Origin: an uncultured Verrucomicrobiae bacterium
GTDB lineage: Bacteria; Verrucomicrobiota; Verrucomicrobiia; Chthoniobacterales; Chthoniobacteraceae
Assembly: GCA_963769025.1 (NCBI GenBank)
Contig: CAVYKI010000009.1
Span: 256,001 to 320,000 of the forward strand
Direction of reading: 5' to 3'
Length of the DNA: 64,000 nucleotides
Below the pieces are notes generated by a model. That model was not told the origin of the DNA and did not search any database. It saw only the letters and a list, made by a program, of their open reading frames with translations. Position 1 is the first letter of the stretch. The number at the start of each line of letters is the position of its first letter. Positions 10,638 through 20,435 of the stretch are shown here, in pieces. Made by a program: the position numbers and the translations under genes.

Positions 10638-12030
10638 ATGAATTCCTCCCCTCGCTTCAAGCTGTTCCTCATGATGGTCCTGGAAATCGCCATCTGGGGC
10701 GCGTGGCTTCCGCTCATCTTCGGCTATCTCCCGAGCCTCGGCTTTTCCGCCACGCATCCGCCCGAGGCGCTGAAGGGCTTCGTCTCGCTGCTGCATCCGT
10801 GGATCGCGGCGCTGTTCTCCGAACAGGCGATGATCCTGAATGCGTTCCCCGTCGCCGCGATCATCGGGATGTTTTTCAGCAACCAGTTTGCCGACCGTAA
10901 TTTTGCCGCGGAGAAATTCCTCGCCTTCAGCCATCTCATCGGCGGCGCGGCGATCCTCGGCTGCGGGTTCACGAAGGACTTCTGGCCGTTCTTCTCGCTG
11001 ATGTTCGTGCACTGCCTGCTCTACGTGCCGACGCTCTCGATCACGAACTCCATCGCCTTCGCCAACATGAAGGACCCGCAGAAGGAATTCGGCATCATCC
11101 GCATGGGCGGCACCTTCGGGTGGATTTTCGTCGCGTGGCCTTTCACCTTCATCCTCGTGGATTGGGATAAGGTGTGCGGCCGCGGATCCGCAGGGCATCA
11201 AGGCTTGGTTCGACGTGGTCTTTGCTTCCGGCCTCACGGGCGACGCGATGAAGGCGGCGACGAAATGGACCTTCATCGTTGCCGGCGGCATCTCGCTCGT
11301 GCTCGCCGCGTTCAGCCTCACGCTGCCGCATACGCCGGCAAAGAAGAAGGAGGAGGGCGCGCGCGAAAGTCTCGCCTGGCTGGAGGCGATCAAGCTCCTG
11401 AAGCACCCGTTCGTGCTCATCCTGTTCATCGTCACGTTCGTCGATTCCTTCGTCCACAACTGCTACTTCAACTGGACCGGCACCTTCCTCGGCACCGCGA
11501 AGGAGGCGGGCGGCGTCGGCATCCCGGGCAACTGGATCATGCCCGTGATGACCATCGGCCAGGTCGCCGAAATCCTGACGATGCTCGTGCTCGGCGTGAC
11601 GCTGAAGGCGCTCGGTTGGCGGATGACGATGATCATCGGCGTCCTCGGCCACGCGGCGCGCTTTGCGGTGTATGCGTTCTTCCCGGATTCACCGTCGTTC
11701 ATCATCACGGTGCAGATCCTCCACGGCGTCTGCTACGCATTCTTCTTCGCCACGGTGTACATTTTTGTGGATGCGTATTTCCCGAAGGACGCACGGGCCA
11801 GCGCGCAGGGATTGTTCAACGTGATGATCCTCGGCGTCGGCGCGCTCGTCGCGAATTCCATCTGCCCGGTGCTGATCCAGGAGACGTTCAAGCACGGCGA
11901 CAAGGTGGACTTCCGCGGCCTCTTCATGGTGCCGACCTACGCCGCGCTCGGTGCCGCCGCAGCGCTGCTGCTGCTTTTCCATCCGCCAAAGGTGAACCCC
12001 CAAGGCAGGCCGGCCACCACCTCGCACTAA
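10638..12030 (+). CDS. MFS transporter, nucleoside:H+ symporter (NupG/YegT-like) family, frameshift near 11175
   Basis: IWGAW, QFADRNFAAEK, YVPTLSITNSIAF, IRMGGTFGWI, GQVAE, LHGVCYAFFF, RASAQG; multiple hydrophobic segments. Confidence 0.88.
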
Positions 12031-12084
12031 GGCGGGTGTACAGAGACCGCAAACGCCCTGTGAGTGAAGCGGGCCTGGCGCAGC

Positions 12085-14235
12085 CTAATCGCCCGTGGTC
12101 GCCACTTTCCCCGACGGCAGCGCCGTGAAGTATTCGATGTAGCCGAGCATCATTTCGTCCACGGTCTGCGCGCCCCATCGGACGGTCTTGGTCGGGTCGG
12201 GGTTGGCCTTGTTGGCGGCGCTGTTGTCGTAGGTGGCGGTGATTTTCACCCTGCTGCCGCGAGGGAGCACTCGCGGCTCCTTGTATTGGTAGCGGAGCTG
12301 CCAGTTGAAGTCGTAGCGCGGGATGTCCAGCAGCGTCTCGGATTTTCCGTCGGCGTAGATGACTTCAAACTTGAACGCCTTTCCACGCACGTGCATGTGC
12401 GCGAGCAGCGCGGTGACGGGCATGTCGAACGGCACGGCCTGCTGCGCGGTCTCGACGTGGTTCGCTTCGCCGGGCGGGATGTTCAGGCGGCGCCCTGCGA
12501 TGGCCGCCGTGTGCATCGCAAACCGGGGCGGCTGCTTTGCAAAGATGAGGCCCATCCGGAGCTGGTCCTGCGTCGCCTTGCCGTTCGGCGTGTAGTGAAT
12601 CTGGAAGCTGACCGTTGCGCCCGCGGGCAGTTTGCGCGCGAAGCCCTCGGGATAAACGCGCCCGCTGTTTCCCGGCACGTAGGCGGCCCAGTAGCCGCTG
12701 TTGCCTTCATCCCCGCCGCCCCGGATGCGCGCGCCCTTCTCGTGGACCTGCACGATGACGTGGTGAACGACCTCGCGCGCCGTCGGCATGATCTCATACG
12801 CCTGCACCCAGCGATCCTCGGTGAGCGTCGTCTCCACGGACGTGAACTGGTAAGGCATGAAGCCCTCGGCCTTCACCGCGATGGGTTGCTTGAGCTGCAC
12901 GATGAGGTCCGGCTTTCCGATGCTCCATTCCTCGGAAAACTTCAGCGGGGCGGGCGCGTCGGCGGGGTTTCCGAGCGGACGGTCGGCGGACGCGAGCCAC
13001 GCGAGAAGGTCGGCCTTGTCGCGCGGGGAAAGCGAGTGGTCGTTGGCCCACGGATTCGGCTGCCCCTCCGGGACGGGCGCCGCGGACCACGGCGGCATCG
13101 CGCCGTCCTCAATCACGCGCCTGATGGTCTTTGCCCGGTCGGTCACGTCGGCGAGGTCATCGAGCGCGAAGGGGCCGACGCCTTTGTCGTGGTGGCACTG
13201 CACGCAGTTTTGCTGGAGGATGCGCGCGACGTCACGGTGGTAGGTGACCTGTGTCGCGGTGGCGGCGGCGGTCGCGGGGATATCGAGTTCGCATCCCGGT
13301 GCGTCGGTCGCGGCGATGAGCGGACGCTTCCCGGCTAGCAAGGCGTTCACGGCGTCGAGCAGGTAGCTCTCGCGCGGTAAGTCGAGGTTGTAGCTCACGC
13401 CGTACTGGTCATCGAGCGCGCCGCGGTAGATGAGCGTGCGTTTCGCATCCAGCAGGAAGACCTCCGTGGTCGTCCGGGCGTGGAGTGCCTGCGTGAGGGC
13501 TTTGCTGGCGTCGTGTACATACGGGGCAGTGATGCCCTGCTCCTTGAGTTGCGCGGTGATTGCATCCGACTTTTCGCTGGCAAAGGGATTCACGAGCAGC
13601 AGCGCGATGTTGCGCGAGCGCAGTTCCTTCTCCAGGCGCGCGAGGCTTGGAGCGTAGCGCTTGCTCACCGGGCACGTCGTGCTCGTGAACGCAATGGCGA
13701 GGCCCGCCTGCGATTTCCAATCGCTGAGGCTGTGCTTTTTCCCGTCGAGCGTGGTGAAGGCAATGTCGGCCACCTGCCGGCCCACGCCGACATCGCCCGG
13801 TTTCAACTGCTTCGGGCCTTGCATGACCGGCGCGACCGGCGTCGTGGTGCCCGCCGCGCCGGGTGCCACGGGGATCTTGCCGCGGCGATCCAGAAAACGC
13901 TGAAGCAGATTCCCAAGACGTCCGCCATTGGCTCCCGCGGCCGGTGTGCCAGTGGAGGCCGTCGCCTTGGCGGCATCCCGCTCCTGCTTCATCGCAGTCA
14001 GCACCTGCAACGCTTCGTCGTGCGTGATGATGCCGTCTTTGGTCAGGTCAAATTTGGCGAATGTCTCCGGGTTCGGCAGTTCGACCGGCGTCACCTTCCC
14101 GTCGCCGTTTTTGTCCGCCCATTTGAAAATATCCCCGGCGGTCGCACCCTTCGGCGGGCCATCGGCGCGGGATTTGTGGGAGGGCACCGCGAGAGTCACG
14201 AGCGAGCATGCGAGGAGGATGGCGGGATTCTTCAT
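12085..14235 (-). CDS. Secreted EF-hand / redoxin / cytochrome c / copper monooxygenase-like multidomain protein
   Basis: Signal peptide; DKNGDGKVT and DLTKDGIIT EF-hands; TTCP...YRGALDD AhpC/TSA-like domain; CVQCH; HHVIV, HMH and EMM. Confidence 0.8.
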   Translation of the reverse strand: MKNPAILLACSLVTLAVPSHKSRADGPPKGATAGDIFKWADKNGDGKVTPVELPNPETFAKFDLTKDGIITHDEALQVLTAMKQERDAAKATASTGTPAAGANGGRLGNLLQRFLDRRGKIPVAPGAAGTTTPVAPVMQGPKQLKPGDVGVGRQVADIAFTTLDGKKHSLSDWKSQAGLAIAFTSTTCPVSKRYAPSLARLEKELRSRNIALLLVNPFASEKSDAITAQLKEQGITAPYVHDASKALTQALHARTTTEVFLLDAKRTLIYRGALDDQYGVSYNLDLPRESYLLDAVNALLAGKRPLIAATDAPGCELDIPATAAATATQVTYHRDVARILQQNCVQCHHDKGVGPFALDDLADVTDRAKTIRRVIEDGAMPPWSAAPVPEGQPNPWANDHSLSPRDKADLLAWLASADRPLGNPADAPAPLKFSEEWSIGKPDLIVQLKQPIAVKAEGFMPYQFTSVETTLTEDRWVQAYEIMPTAREVVHHVIVQVHEKGARIRGGGDEGNSGYWAAYVPGNSGRVYPEGFARKLPAGATVSFQIHYTPNGKATQDQLRMGLIFAKQPPRFAMHTAAIAGRRLNIPPGEANHVETAQQAVPFDMPVTALLAHMHVRGKAFKFEVIYADGKSETLLDIPRYDFNWQLRYQYKEPRVLPRGSRVKITATYDNSAANKANPDPTKTVRWGAQTVDEMMLGYIEYFTALPSGKVATTGD

Positions 14236-14348
14236 GGATAAGGTGCAAATGGCAGATACCCGAACACCGCAAAGGTGCCTTGGTTGCTGCATTGCGGGAC
14301 GTCGGGCTCGTCCTGAAGGTTACTCCCGGCTCGTGGCACCGGCGAGTG

Positions 14349-14525
14349 CTAGAATTCCGCGCAGTTGAACACAATCCGGTATCGGCAGCGCTCACTGCGG
14401 CAGACCACCTTGCACTTTTCCGAAATCAGCTTCGCGCCGCACACGGGGCACACGCTGTCTGGCGAGGACGGCTCCGCTGACAAATCGGCCGGTCCAAGTG
14501 TTGATGCAGGCTCGGGCTTCTTCAT
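14349..14525 (-). CDS. Small zinc-finger-like protein (58 aa, absent from ORF track)
   Basis: Manual translation MKKPEPASTLGPADLSAEPSSPDSVCPVCGAKLISEKCKVVCRSERCRYRIVFNCAEF*; ATG overlaps the hicA stop (TGATG). Confidence 0.7.
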   Translation of the reverse strand: MKKPEPASTLGPADLSAEPSSPDSVCPVCGAKLISEKCKVVCRSERCRYRIVFNCAEF

Positions 14526-14719
14526 CACGCACCCTTGGGAATATCCATGCCCAAGCGACGGCAGATGCTTCGGGCGAGATGTCTCTTGATTTCCTGATGC
14601 CGCGGAACCGCTTCCCGAATGCCGCTCGCAGGATTTGTGTAGATGGAATGGGACGCGCCTTCGCGGAGAAATTTGCAGCCGCCTGCTTCCAGATGCCGAA
14701 TCAGCTCGCGCCGCTTCAC
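14525..14719 (-). CDS. hicA: HicA-family toxin (mRNA interferase)
   Basis: (M)KRRELIRHLEAGGC..LREGASHSIY....AVPRHQEI...LARSICRRLG; GTG start overlaps the hicB stop. Confidence 0.9.
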   Translation of the reverse strand: MKRRELIRHLEAGGCKFLREGASHSIYTNPASGIREAVPRHQEIKRHLARSICRRLGMDIPKGA

Positions 14720-14934
14720 GCCACGGCGAGCACGGTTTTCACGGCATGAGGGTCGTCGCGCAGGGCTTCCTCCTCGTTGACTTCGAGCACGAGCTTCACC
14801 GCCGCCGCGAGATCGCGCAGGCACTCCTCCTCGGTCTCACCCTGCCCGTTCGCTCCCGGCACTTCGAGGCAAGTCGCCCAGAAGCCTCCTTCGTCCGGTT
14901 CTCCACGATGCAGGATGGCGGTGAGATTTCGCAT
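14716..14934 (-). CDS. hicB: HicB-family antitoxin, short form
   Basis: GGFWATCLEVPGANGQGETEEECL HicB core; 72 aa. Confidence 0.88.
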   Translation of the reverse strand: MRNLTAILHRGEPDEGGFWATCLEVPGANGQGETEEECLRDLAAAVKLVLEVNEEEALRDDPHAVKTVLAVA

Positions 14935-14940
14935 GGGCCG

Positions 14941-14968
14941 AACTTACCCCGCTGGTTTGGGACGGCAA
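14941..14968 (-). promoter_or_regulatory. Candidate sigma70-type promoter of hicBA
   Basis: TTGCCG-16 nt-TAAGTT, 6 nt upstream of ATG. Confidence 0.5.
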
Positions 14969-14996
14969 TTCAAAGCTGCGGCGTGCAGTTGCCGTT

Positions 14997-16118
14997 TCAG
15001 ACGTTGAACCGGAATTCGACGACGTCGCCGTCCTTCATCACGTATTCCTTGCCTTCGATGCGCAGCTTGCCGGCTTCGCGGGCTTTTGCGAATGAGCCGA
15101 GCGAGATGAGGTCATCGTAGTGCGTGACCTCGGCGGCGATGAAGCCGCGCTCGAAATCGGTGTGGATGACGCCGGCCGCCGCAGGCGCCTTGTCGCCGGC
15201 GCGGATGGTCCATGCGCGTGTCTCCTGTTCGCCGGTGGTGAGGTAGGTGCGCAGGCCGAGCAGGTGATACACGGCACGGATGAGCTCGCTCACGCCGCTG
15301 CTCTTCACGCCCAGCCCGGCGAGATATTCGAGCGCCTCGGACTCGGCGAGTTCGCCCAGTTCGCTCTCGATCTGCGCGGAAATGACGACGGCCTCGGTGC
15401 CAAAATGAGTCGCAGCGTACGACCGGACGGCCTCGACGAACGGCTTTGCCACGCAGTCCTTGCCCTCGGCGAGCGCGCCGAGATCGGCCTCGGCCACGTT
15501 GCAGGCGAAGATCGTCGGCTTGCCGGAGAGGAGGAAGAATTCCTTCATCAGCTTCTTCTCGTCGTCGGAAAGGTCGAGGGTCGTCGCGGGCTTCCCGGCG
15601 TCGAGATGCGGAATCAGCTTTTCGCAAAGCGCGATTTCCGCCTTGGCCTCCTTGTCCCCGCTGCGCGCGCCTTTCGTCTGGCGTTCCTTCCGCTTTTCGA
15701 CCGCAGCGAGATCGGAGAGGATCAGTTCGGTGTTGATGATTTCAATGTCGCGCACGGGATCCACCGTGCCGGAGACGTGATGGATGTCCGCGTCCTCAAA
15801 GCAGCGCACGACCTGCACGATGGCGTTCACCTCGCGGATGTGGCTGAGGAACTGGTTGCCGAGCCCTTCGCCCGCGCTCGCGCCTTTCACGAGACCGGCG
15901 ATGTCCACAAACTCGATCGCCGCAGGCACGAGCTTCTTCGAGCCGCTGAGCTTGCTGAGCACTTCCAGGCGGGAATCCGGCACGGTCACGACGCCGACGT
16001 TCGGGTCGATCGTGCAGAACGGATAATTCGCCGCCTGCGCCTTGCGGGTGCGGGTGACGGCGTTGAAGAGGGTGGATTTGCCGACGTTTGGAAGGCCGAC
16101 GATGCCTGCGCTTAGCAT
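14997..16118 (-). CDS. ychF: Redox-regulated ATPase YchF
   Basis: [43 protein letters not shown]-terminal TGS domain ending FRFNV. Confidence 0.97.
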   Translation of the reverse strand: MLSAGIVGLPNVGKSTLFNAVTRTRKAQAANYPFCTIDPNVGVVTVPDSRLEVLSKLSGSKKLVPAAIEFVDIAGLVKGASAGEGLGNQFLSHIREVNAIVQVVRCFEDADIHHVSGTVDPVRDIEIINTELILSDLAAVEKRKERQTKGARSGDKEAKAEIALCEKLIPHLDAGKPATTLDLSDDEKKLMKEFFLLSGKPTIFACNVAEADLGALAEGKDCVAKPFVEAVRSYAATHFGTEAVVISAQIESELGELAESEALEYLAGLGVKSSGVSELIRAVYHLLGLRTYLTTGEQETRAWTIRAGDKAPAAAGVIHTDFERGFIAAEVTHYDDLISLGSFAKAREAGKLRIEGKEYVMKDGDVVEFRFNV

Positions 16119-16204
16119 GATGTGTTTTTCTTGGAAAAGTGGGCGCGCAATTCAGCGCACGCGACTTGCCATGTCCAGCGTGGAAGGCCGCGAGCGTTTC
16201 CGCC

Positions 16205-16954
16205 TTACGCGATCCGCGAGGTCAGACCGCCGTCGATCGTCAGCGTGTCCCCGGTGATATAGTCGTTCTTCACGAGCATCAGGATCACATCGGCCACCTG
16301 CTCGGACGTGCCCTCGCGGTGCAGCGGGATGCGCTGTTCGAGGTTCAGCTTCTTCTGCTCGGCGCTCATGTGCTCGTGGAATTTCGTGCGGATGACGCCC
16401 GGCGCGACGCAGTTCACGCGGATGTTGTCGTTCGCCAGCTCCCGCGCCATCGCGCGCGTGAGCTGCGGCAGCGCGCCCTTCACGGCCTGGTACGCGACGG
16501 CGCCCATCACGCCGAGTTTCCCGGCCGTCGAGGAGATGAGAATGATCGCGCCTTCCTTGCCCTTCCGGATGTGCGGCACCGCTGCGCGGGAAAGGTGATA
16601 GACGGCGTGGACATGCACGTCGAACGCCCCGTTCCACGCCTCCGGTGTCACTTCCAGCAGCCCGCCCGGCACCGCCCCGCCCGCCGCATGCACGAGCACA
16701 TCCAGCCGCCCGAGCGCCGTCGCGGCCTCTTCGACGAGCCGCGTGCAGTCCGCCGCGACGCCGCAATCACCCGTGATGATTTCGCATTTGCGGCCGAGCG
16801 CCTCGATCTCGCGCTTCGTGTGCTTTGCGTCCTCGTCGTTGTGCCGTCCGGAGATGGCCACATCCCCGCCCTCCTTCGCGAACGCGATGGCCGTGGCGGC
16901 GCCGATGCCGCGTGTGCCGCCTGTGACGAGTGCTGCCTTGCCGTGGAGTTGCAT
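16205..16954 (-). CDS. SDR-family NAD(P)-dependent oxidoreductase
   Basis: TGGTRGIG, YQAVK (YxxxK), RVNCVAPG, ITG..L.IDGG. Confidence 0.92.
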   Translation of the reverse strand: MQLHGKAALVTGGTRGIGAATAIAFAKEGGDVAISGRHNDEDAKHTKREIEALGRKCEIITGDCGVAADCTRLVEEAATALGRLDVLVHAAGGAVPGGLLEVTPEAWNGAFDVHVHAVYHLSRAAVPHIRKGKEGAIILISSTAGKLGVMGAVAYQAVKGALPQLTRAMARELANDNIRVNCVAPGVIRTKFHEHMSAEQKKLNLEQRIPLHREGTSEQVADVILMLVKNDYITGDTLTIDGGLTSRIA

Positions 16955-16987
16955 GAGTGTGGGGTGGGTTTGAGATTTTCGGTCGGT

Positions 16988-18025
16988 TCAGATCAGCGCG
17001 GTCTCCTCGGGCCAGCCGCAGAGGATGTTCAGGCATTGCACGGCCTGGCCGGCGGCGCCCTTCACGAGGTTGTCCTCGGCCGAAAGCAGCACGACGCGGC
17101 CCGTGCGCGCATCGTGCCGGAATGCGAGATCCACGAAGTTCGTCCCGGTGACGTGCTTCGTGTCCGGCAGCTCCTTTTCCCCGAGCAGCCGGACGAAACG
17201 CTCGCTCCCGTACGCTTCCTTCCACGCGTTTGCAAAATGCCACGGCTCGATGCCCTCCTCGGGCGCGGCGTAGATGGTCGTGTGGATGCCGCGGTTCACC
17301 GGGATGAGATGCGGCGTAAAGTTGACCCGCACGCTGCTGCCCGCGGCGATGCTCAGCTCCTGCTCGATCTCCGCGAGGTGCCGGTGCTTCGGCACGCCGT
17401 AGGCGCGGACGCTCTCGTTGCATTCCGCAAAAAGGTAATCGGTCTTCGCATTGCGCCCCGCGCCGCTCACGCCGCTCATGCTGAAAATGCAGATGCTGCC
17501 CGGATGCACGAGCCGCCGCCGGAGCAGCGGGACGAGCGGGACGAGCACGCTCGTGGGATAGCAGCCCGGGCATGCGACGACCTGCGCATCCTTGATTTTC
17601 TCACGGTAAAGTTCCGGCAATCCGTACACCGCCGCCGCCGCGAGTTCCGGCGCGTGATGCTTCTCGCCGTAAAATTCCTCGTACACCGCGAGATCCTTGA
17701 TCCGGAAGTCCGCGCTGAGATCGAGCACCCGCAGCCCGGCCTTCACGAGCGGCGCCGCGTATTCGGAAGCCACGCCGTGCGGCAACGCGAGAAACACAAT
17801 GCGCGCACCCGTCGCGAGGATCGCCTCCGCCGTCGAATCAATGAACTTCAGCGCCGCGTAACGCGTGCCCGCGAATCGCGGATAGACGGACGCGAGCGCC
17901 TGCCCCGCGAGCTGCCGCGAAGTGATCGCGGCAATCTCCGCATGCGGATGCCGCGAGAGCAGCCGGACGAGTTCCTCGCCCGAATATCCGCTGGCACCGA
18001 CGACGACGACTTTTTCGAGACTCAT
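16988..18025 (-). CDS. argC: N-acetyl-gamma-glutamyl-phosphate reductase
   Basis: GASGYSG, FLALPHG, DLSADFR, PGCYPT, SGVSGAGR, DNLVKGAAGQAVQ. Confidence 0.96.
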   Translation of the reverse strand: MSLEKVVVVGASGYSGEELVRLLSRHPHAEIAAITSRQLAGQALASVYPRFAGTRYAALKFIDSTAEAILATGARIVFLALPHGVASEYAAPLVKAGLRVLDLSADFRIKDLAVYEEFYGEKHHAPELAAAAVYGLPELYREKIKDAQVVACPGCYPTSVLVPLVPLLRRRLVHPGSICIFSMSGVSGAGRNAKTDYLFAECNESVRAYGVPKHRHLAEIEQELSIAAGSSVRVNFTPHLIPVNRGIHTTIYAAPEEGIEPWHFANAWKEAYGSERFVRLLGEKELPDTKHVTGTNFVDLAFRHDARTGRVVLLSAEDNLVKGAAGQAVQCLNILCGWPEETALI

Positions 18026-18125
18026 GGTCCGCTGAGAAAACGGCTTCGCGCCGCGCACTCCAAGCGCAAAACCTCCGCTGGCGGGATTCAGCGATGCAAC
18101 ACGGCACGTTTCCGAGCCGATCGGC

Positions 18126-20327
18126 TCAGAACGGCAGCGGGAATTTGCGGCTGAAGGCGTGGACTTCCTCGCGGATTTTGGCGACGGCGGCGGCGTCTTC
18201 GCGGGCTTCGAGGACGCGGTGGAGGAAGTCGGCGATGTCCATCATTTCCTCCTCCTTCATGCCGCGCGTGGTGACGGCGGGGGTGCCGACGCGGATGCCG
18301 CCGCCTTTCGTGATCGGCTCGGTGTCGAAGGGGATGCCGTTCTTGTTCACGGTGATGCCGGCCTGGTCGAGGACGTCGCTGGCGAGCGCGCCGTTGAGGC
18401 CCTTCGGGCGCAGGTCCACGAGCATGAGGTGATTGTCCGTGCCGCCGCTGACGATGCGGTAGCCGTGGTGCGCGAGGCGCGCGGCGAGGGCCTTGGCGTT
18501 GGTGACGACCTGCGCGGCGTATTCCTTGAACGACGGCTGGAGCGCCTCGTGGAAGCAGACGGCCTTCGCGGCGATGACGTGTTCGAGCGGGCCGCCCTGG
18601 ATGCCGGGGAAGACCTGGCTGTCGATGCCCTTCGCGTATTTTTCCTTGCAGATGATGATGCCGCCGCGCGGGCCGCGCAGGCTCTTGTGCGTGGTCGTGG
18701 TGGTGAAGTCGGCGATGGGGCACGGGGTTCGGATGCTGGCCGCCCGCGACGAGTCCGGCGATGTGCGCCATGTCCACGAAGAGGTATGCGCCCACGCTGT
18801 CGGCGATCTCGCGCATGCGCTGCGAAATCGATGATGCGCGGATAGGCGCTCGCCCCGGCGGTGATCATCTTCGGCTTCACTTCGAGCGCGACCTTCGCGA
18901 GTGCGTCGTAGTCGATGCGCTCGTCCTTTTCGCTCACGCCGTAGTGCGTGACGGCGTAGAAGCGTCCGGAGAAATTCGCCTTGTGCCCGTGCGTGAGATG
19001 GCCGCCGTGCGCGAGGTTCATCGTGAGGATTTTGTCGCCGGGCTGGAGGACGGAAAAATAGACGGCGGTGTTCGCCTGCGAGCCGGAGTGCGGCTGGACG
19101 TTCGCGTGCTCGGAGCCGGGGAAGAGCTGCTTCACGCGATCGATCGCGAGCTGTTCGACGACGTCCACATTCTCACACCCGCCATACCAGCGGCGGCCGG
19201 GGTAGCCCTCGGCGTATTTGTTCGTGAGGCAGGAGCCCTGCGCCTCCATGACGGCGCGCGCTGGTGAAATTCTCCGACTGGCGATCAGCTCGATGTTTTC
19301 GAACTGCCGCTTGTGCTCGTGCTCGATGGCGGTGAACACGGCGCTGTCCACCTCGGCGAGCGTGTCGCCGCCTGCATCCGCGCCCTGGTCCATCTTCTCG
19401 ACGCGGCGCGCGTGGCGTCCGCCCTCGAATTCCGCGCTGAGGAACGCCTCGACGATCGCCGGCGCCGCGTTCGGCGCGACATTCACCGAGCCGAGGCAAA
19501 GGACGTTCGCGTTGTTGTGCTGCCGCGTGGTGCGCGCGTCGTTTGCGTTCGTCACGACTGCGGCGCGGATGCCCTTGTGGCGGTTTGCGGAGATGCTCAT
19601 GCCGATGCCGGTCTTGCAGATGAGGACGCCGAAATCCGCCTCGCCCGAGAGGACCTGCTGGGAAACGAGTGCGGCGTAATCGGGGTAGTCCACGGAGTCC
19701 GTGCTCTCGGTTCCGAGATCATGGACGGTGTATCCATGCTCGCGGAGGAAACCGCGCAGGGCGGCTTTCACCTCCACGCCGCCGTGGTCGGCGCCGAGCG
19801 CGATGCGGACGGTGGTGCTGGGATTGGTGGTGGACTGTGCTGGTGTGGTGGCGTTGCTCATTTCGGTGGAATCGATGAATTGGAGGATGCTCGGGACGGC
19901 TTTGGAAAGGATGTCGCGGGTCTGGAGGTAGGCGTGCAGGCCGAGGCCGATGGGGTCGGGCACCTCGGGGAAGTCCTGGAGCTCGGGCGTGAATTCGCAG
20001 GCGAGCCACGCCTTGTTCGCGGCTTCGGGAAAAAAGGTGAGGATCGCGTCGAGATGCGAGCGCGTCATCGCGAAGATGTGCGTGGCCCATTCGCACGAGA
20101 TCGTCGCTCAGCGGCTGCGAGCGGATGCCAGCGATGTCGATTTTCCAATGGCGCAGCGCCTCGACGCCGTTGTCGCTGGGCCGCTGTCCGTAGCCGGTCG
20201 CGACGCCGGCCGAGGCGACCTCGATGTCACGGCGATTCTGTGCGGCGTGGCGCAGGAGCCCCTCCGCCATCGGGCTGCGGCAGATGTTGCCGGTGCAGAC
20301 GAAAAGGATGCGTTTTGGATTGGCCAC
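18126..20327 (-). CDS. glyA: Fusion: low-molecular-weight protein phosphatase + ribose-5-phosphate isomerase B + serine hydroxymethyltransferase (frameshifts lie inside domains)
   Basis: [14 protein letters not shown]...VPDPIG (LMW-PTP); [21 protein letters not shown] (RpiB); [41 protein letters not shown] (SHMT). Both domain junctions are in one open frame (ORF 18347-20068). Confidence 0.88.
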
Positions 20328-20435
20328 GGTGAAGAATGGGAAATTTACAGGGACGATTGCGGCGCCGCAACTCCGAACGTCCACTTTGCCCGCTCAGTCG
20401 CTTGCGCAAACGGGTCGCGCGGGAATAATGACGGC

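Noticed and set aside
9525..12128. 867-aa ORF
   Set aside because: Composite of an antisense frame, the N-half of the MFS transporter and an out-of-frame tail.
14334..14352. Sigma54- or CIRCE-like TGGCACCGGCGAGTGCTA
   Set aside because: Spacing wrong for both (GG-N11-GC; half-sites too close), and it overlaps a stop codon.
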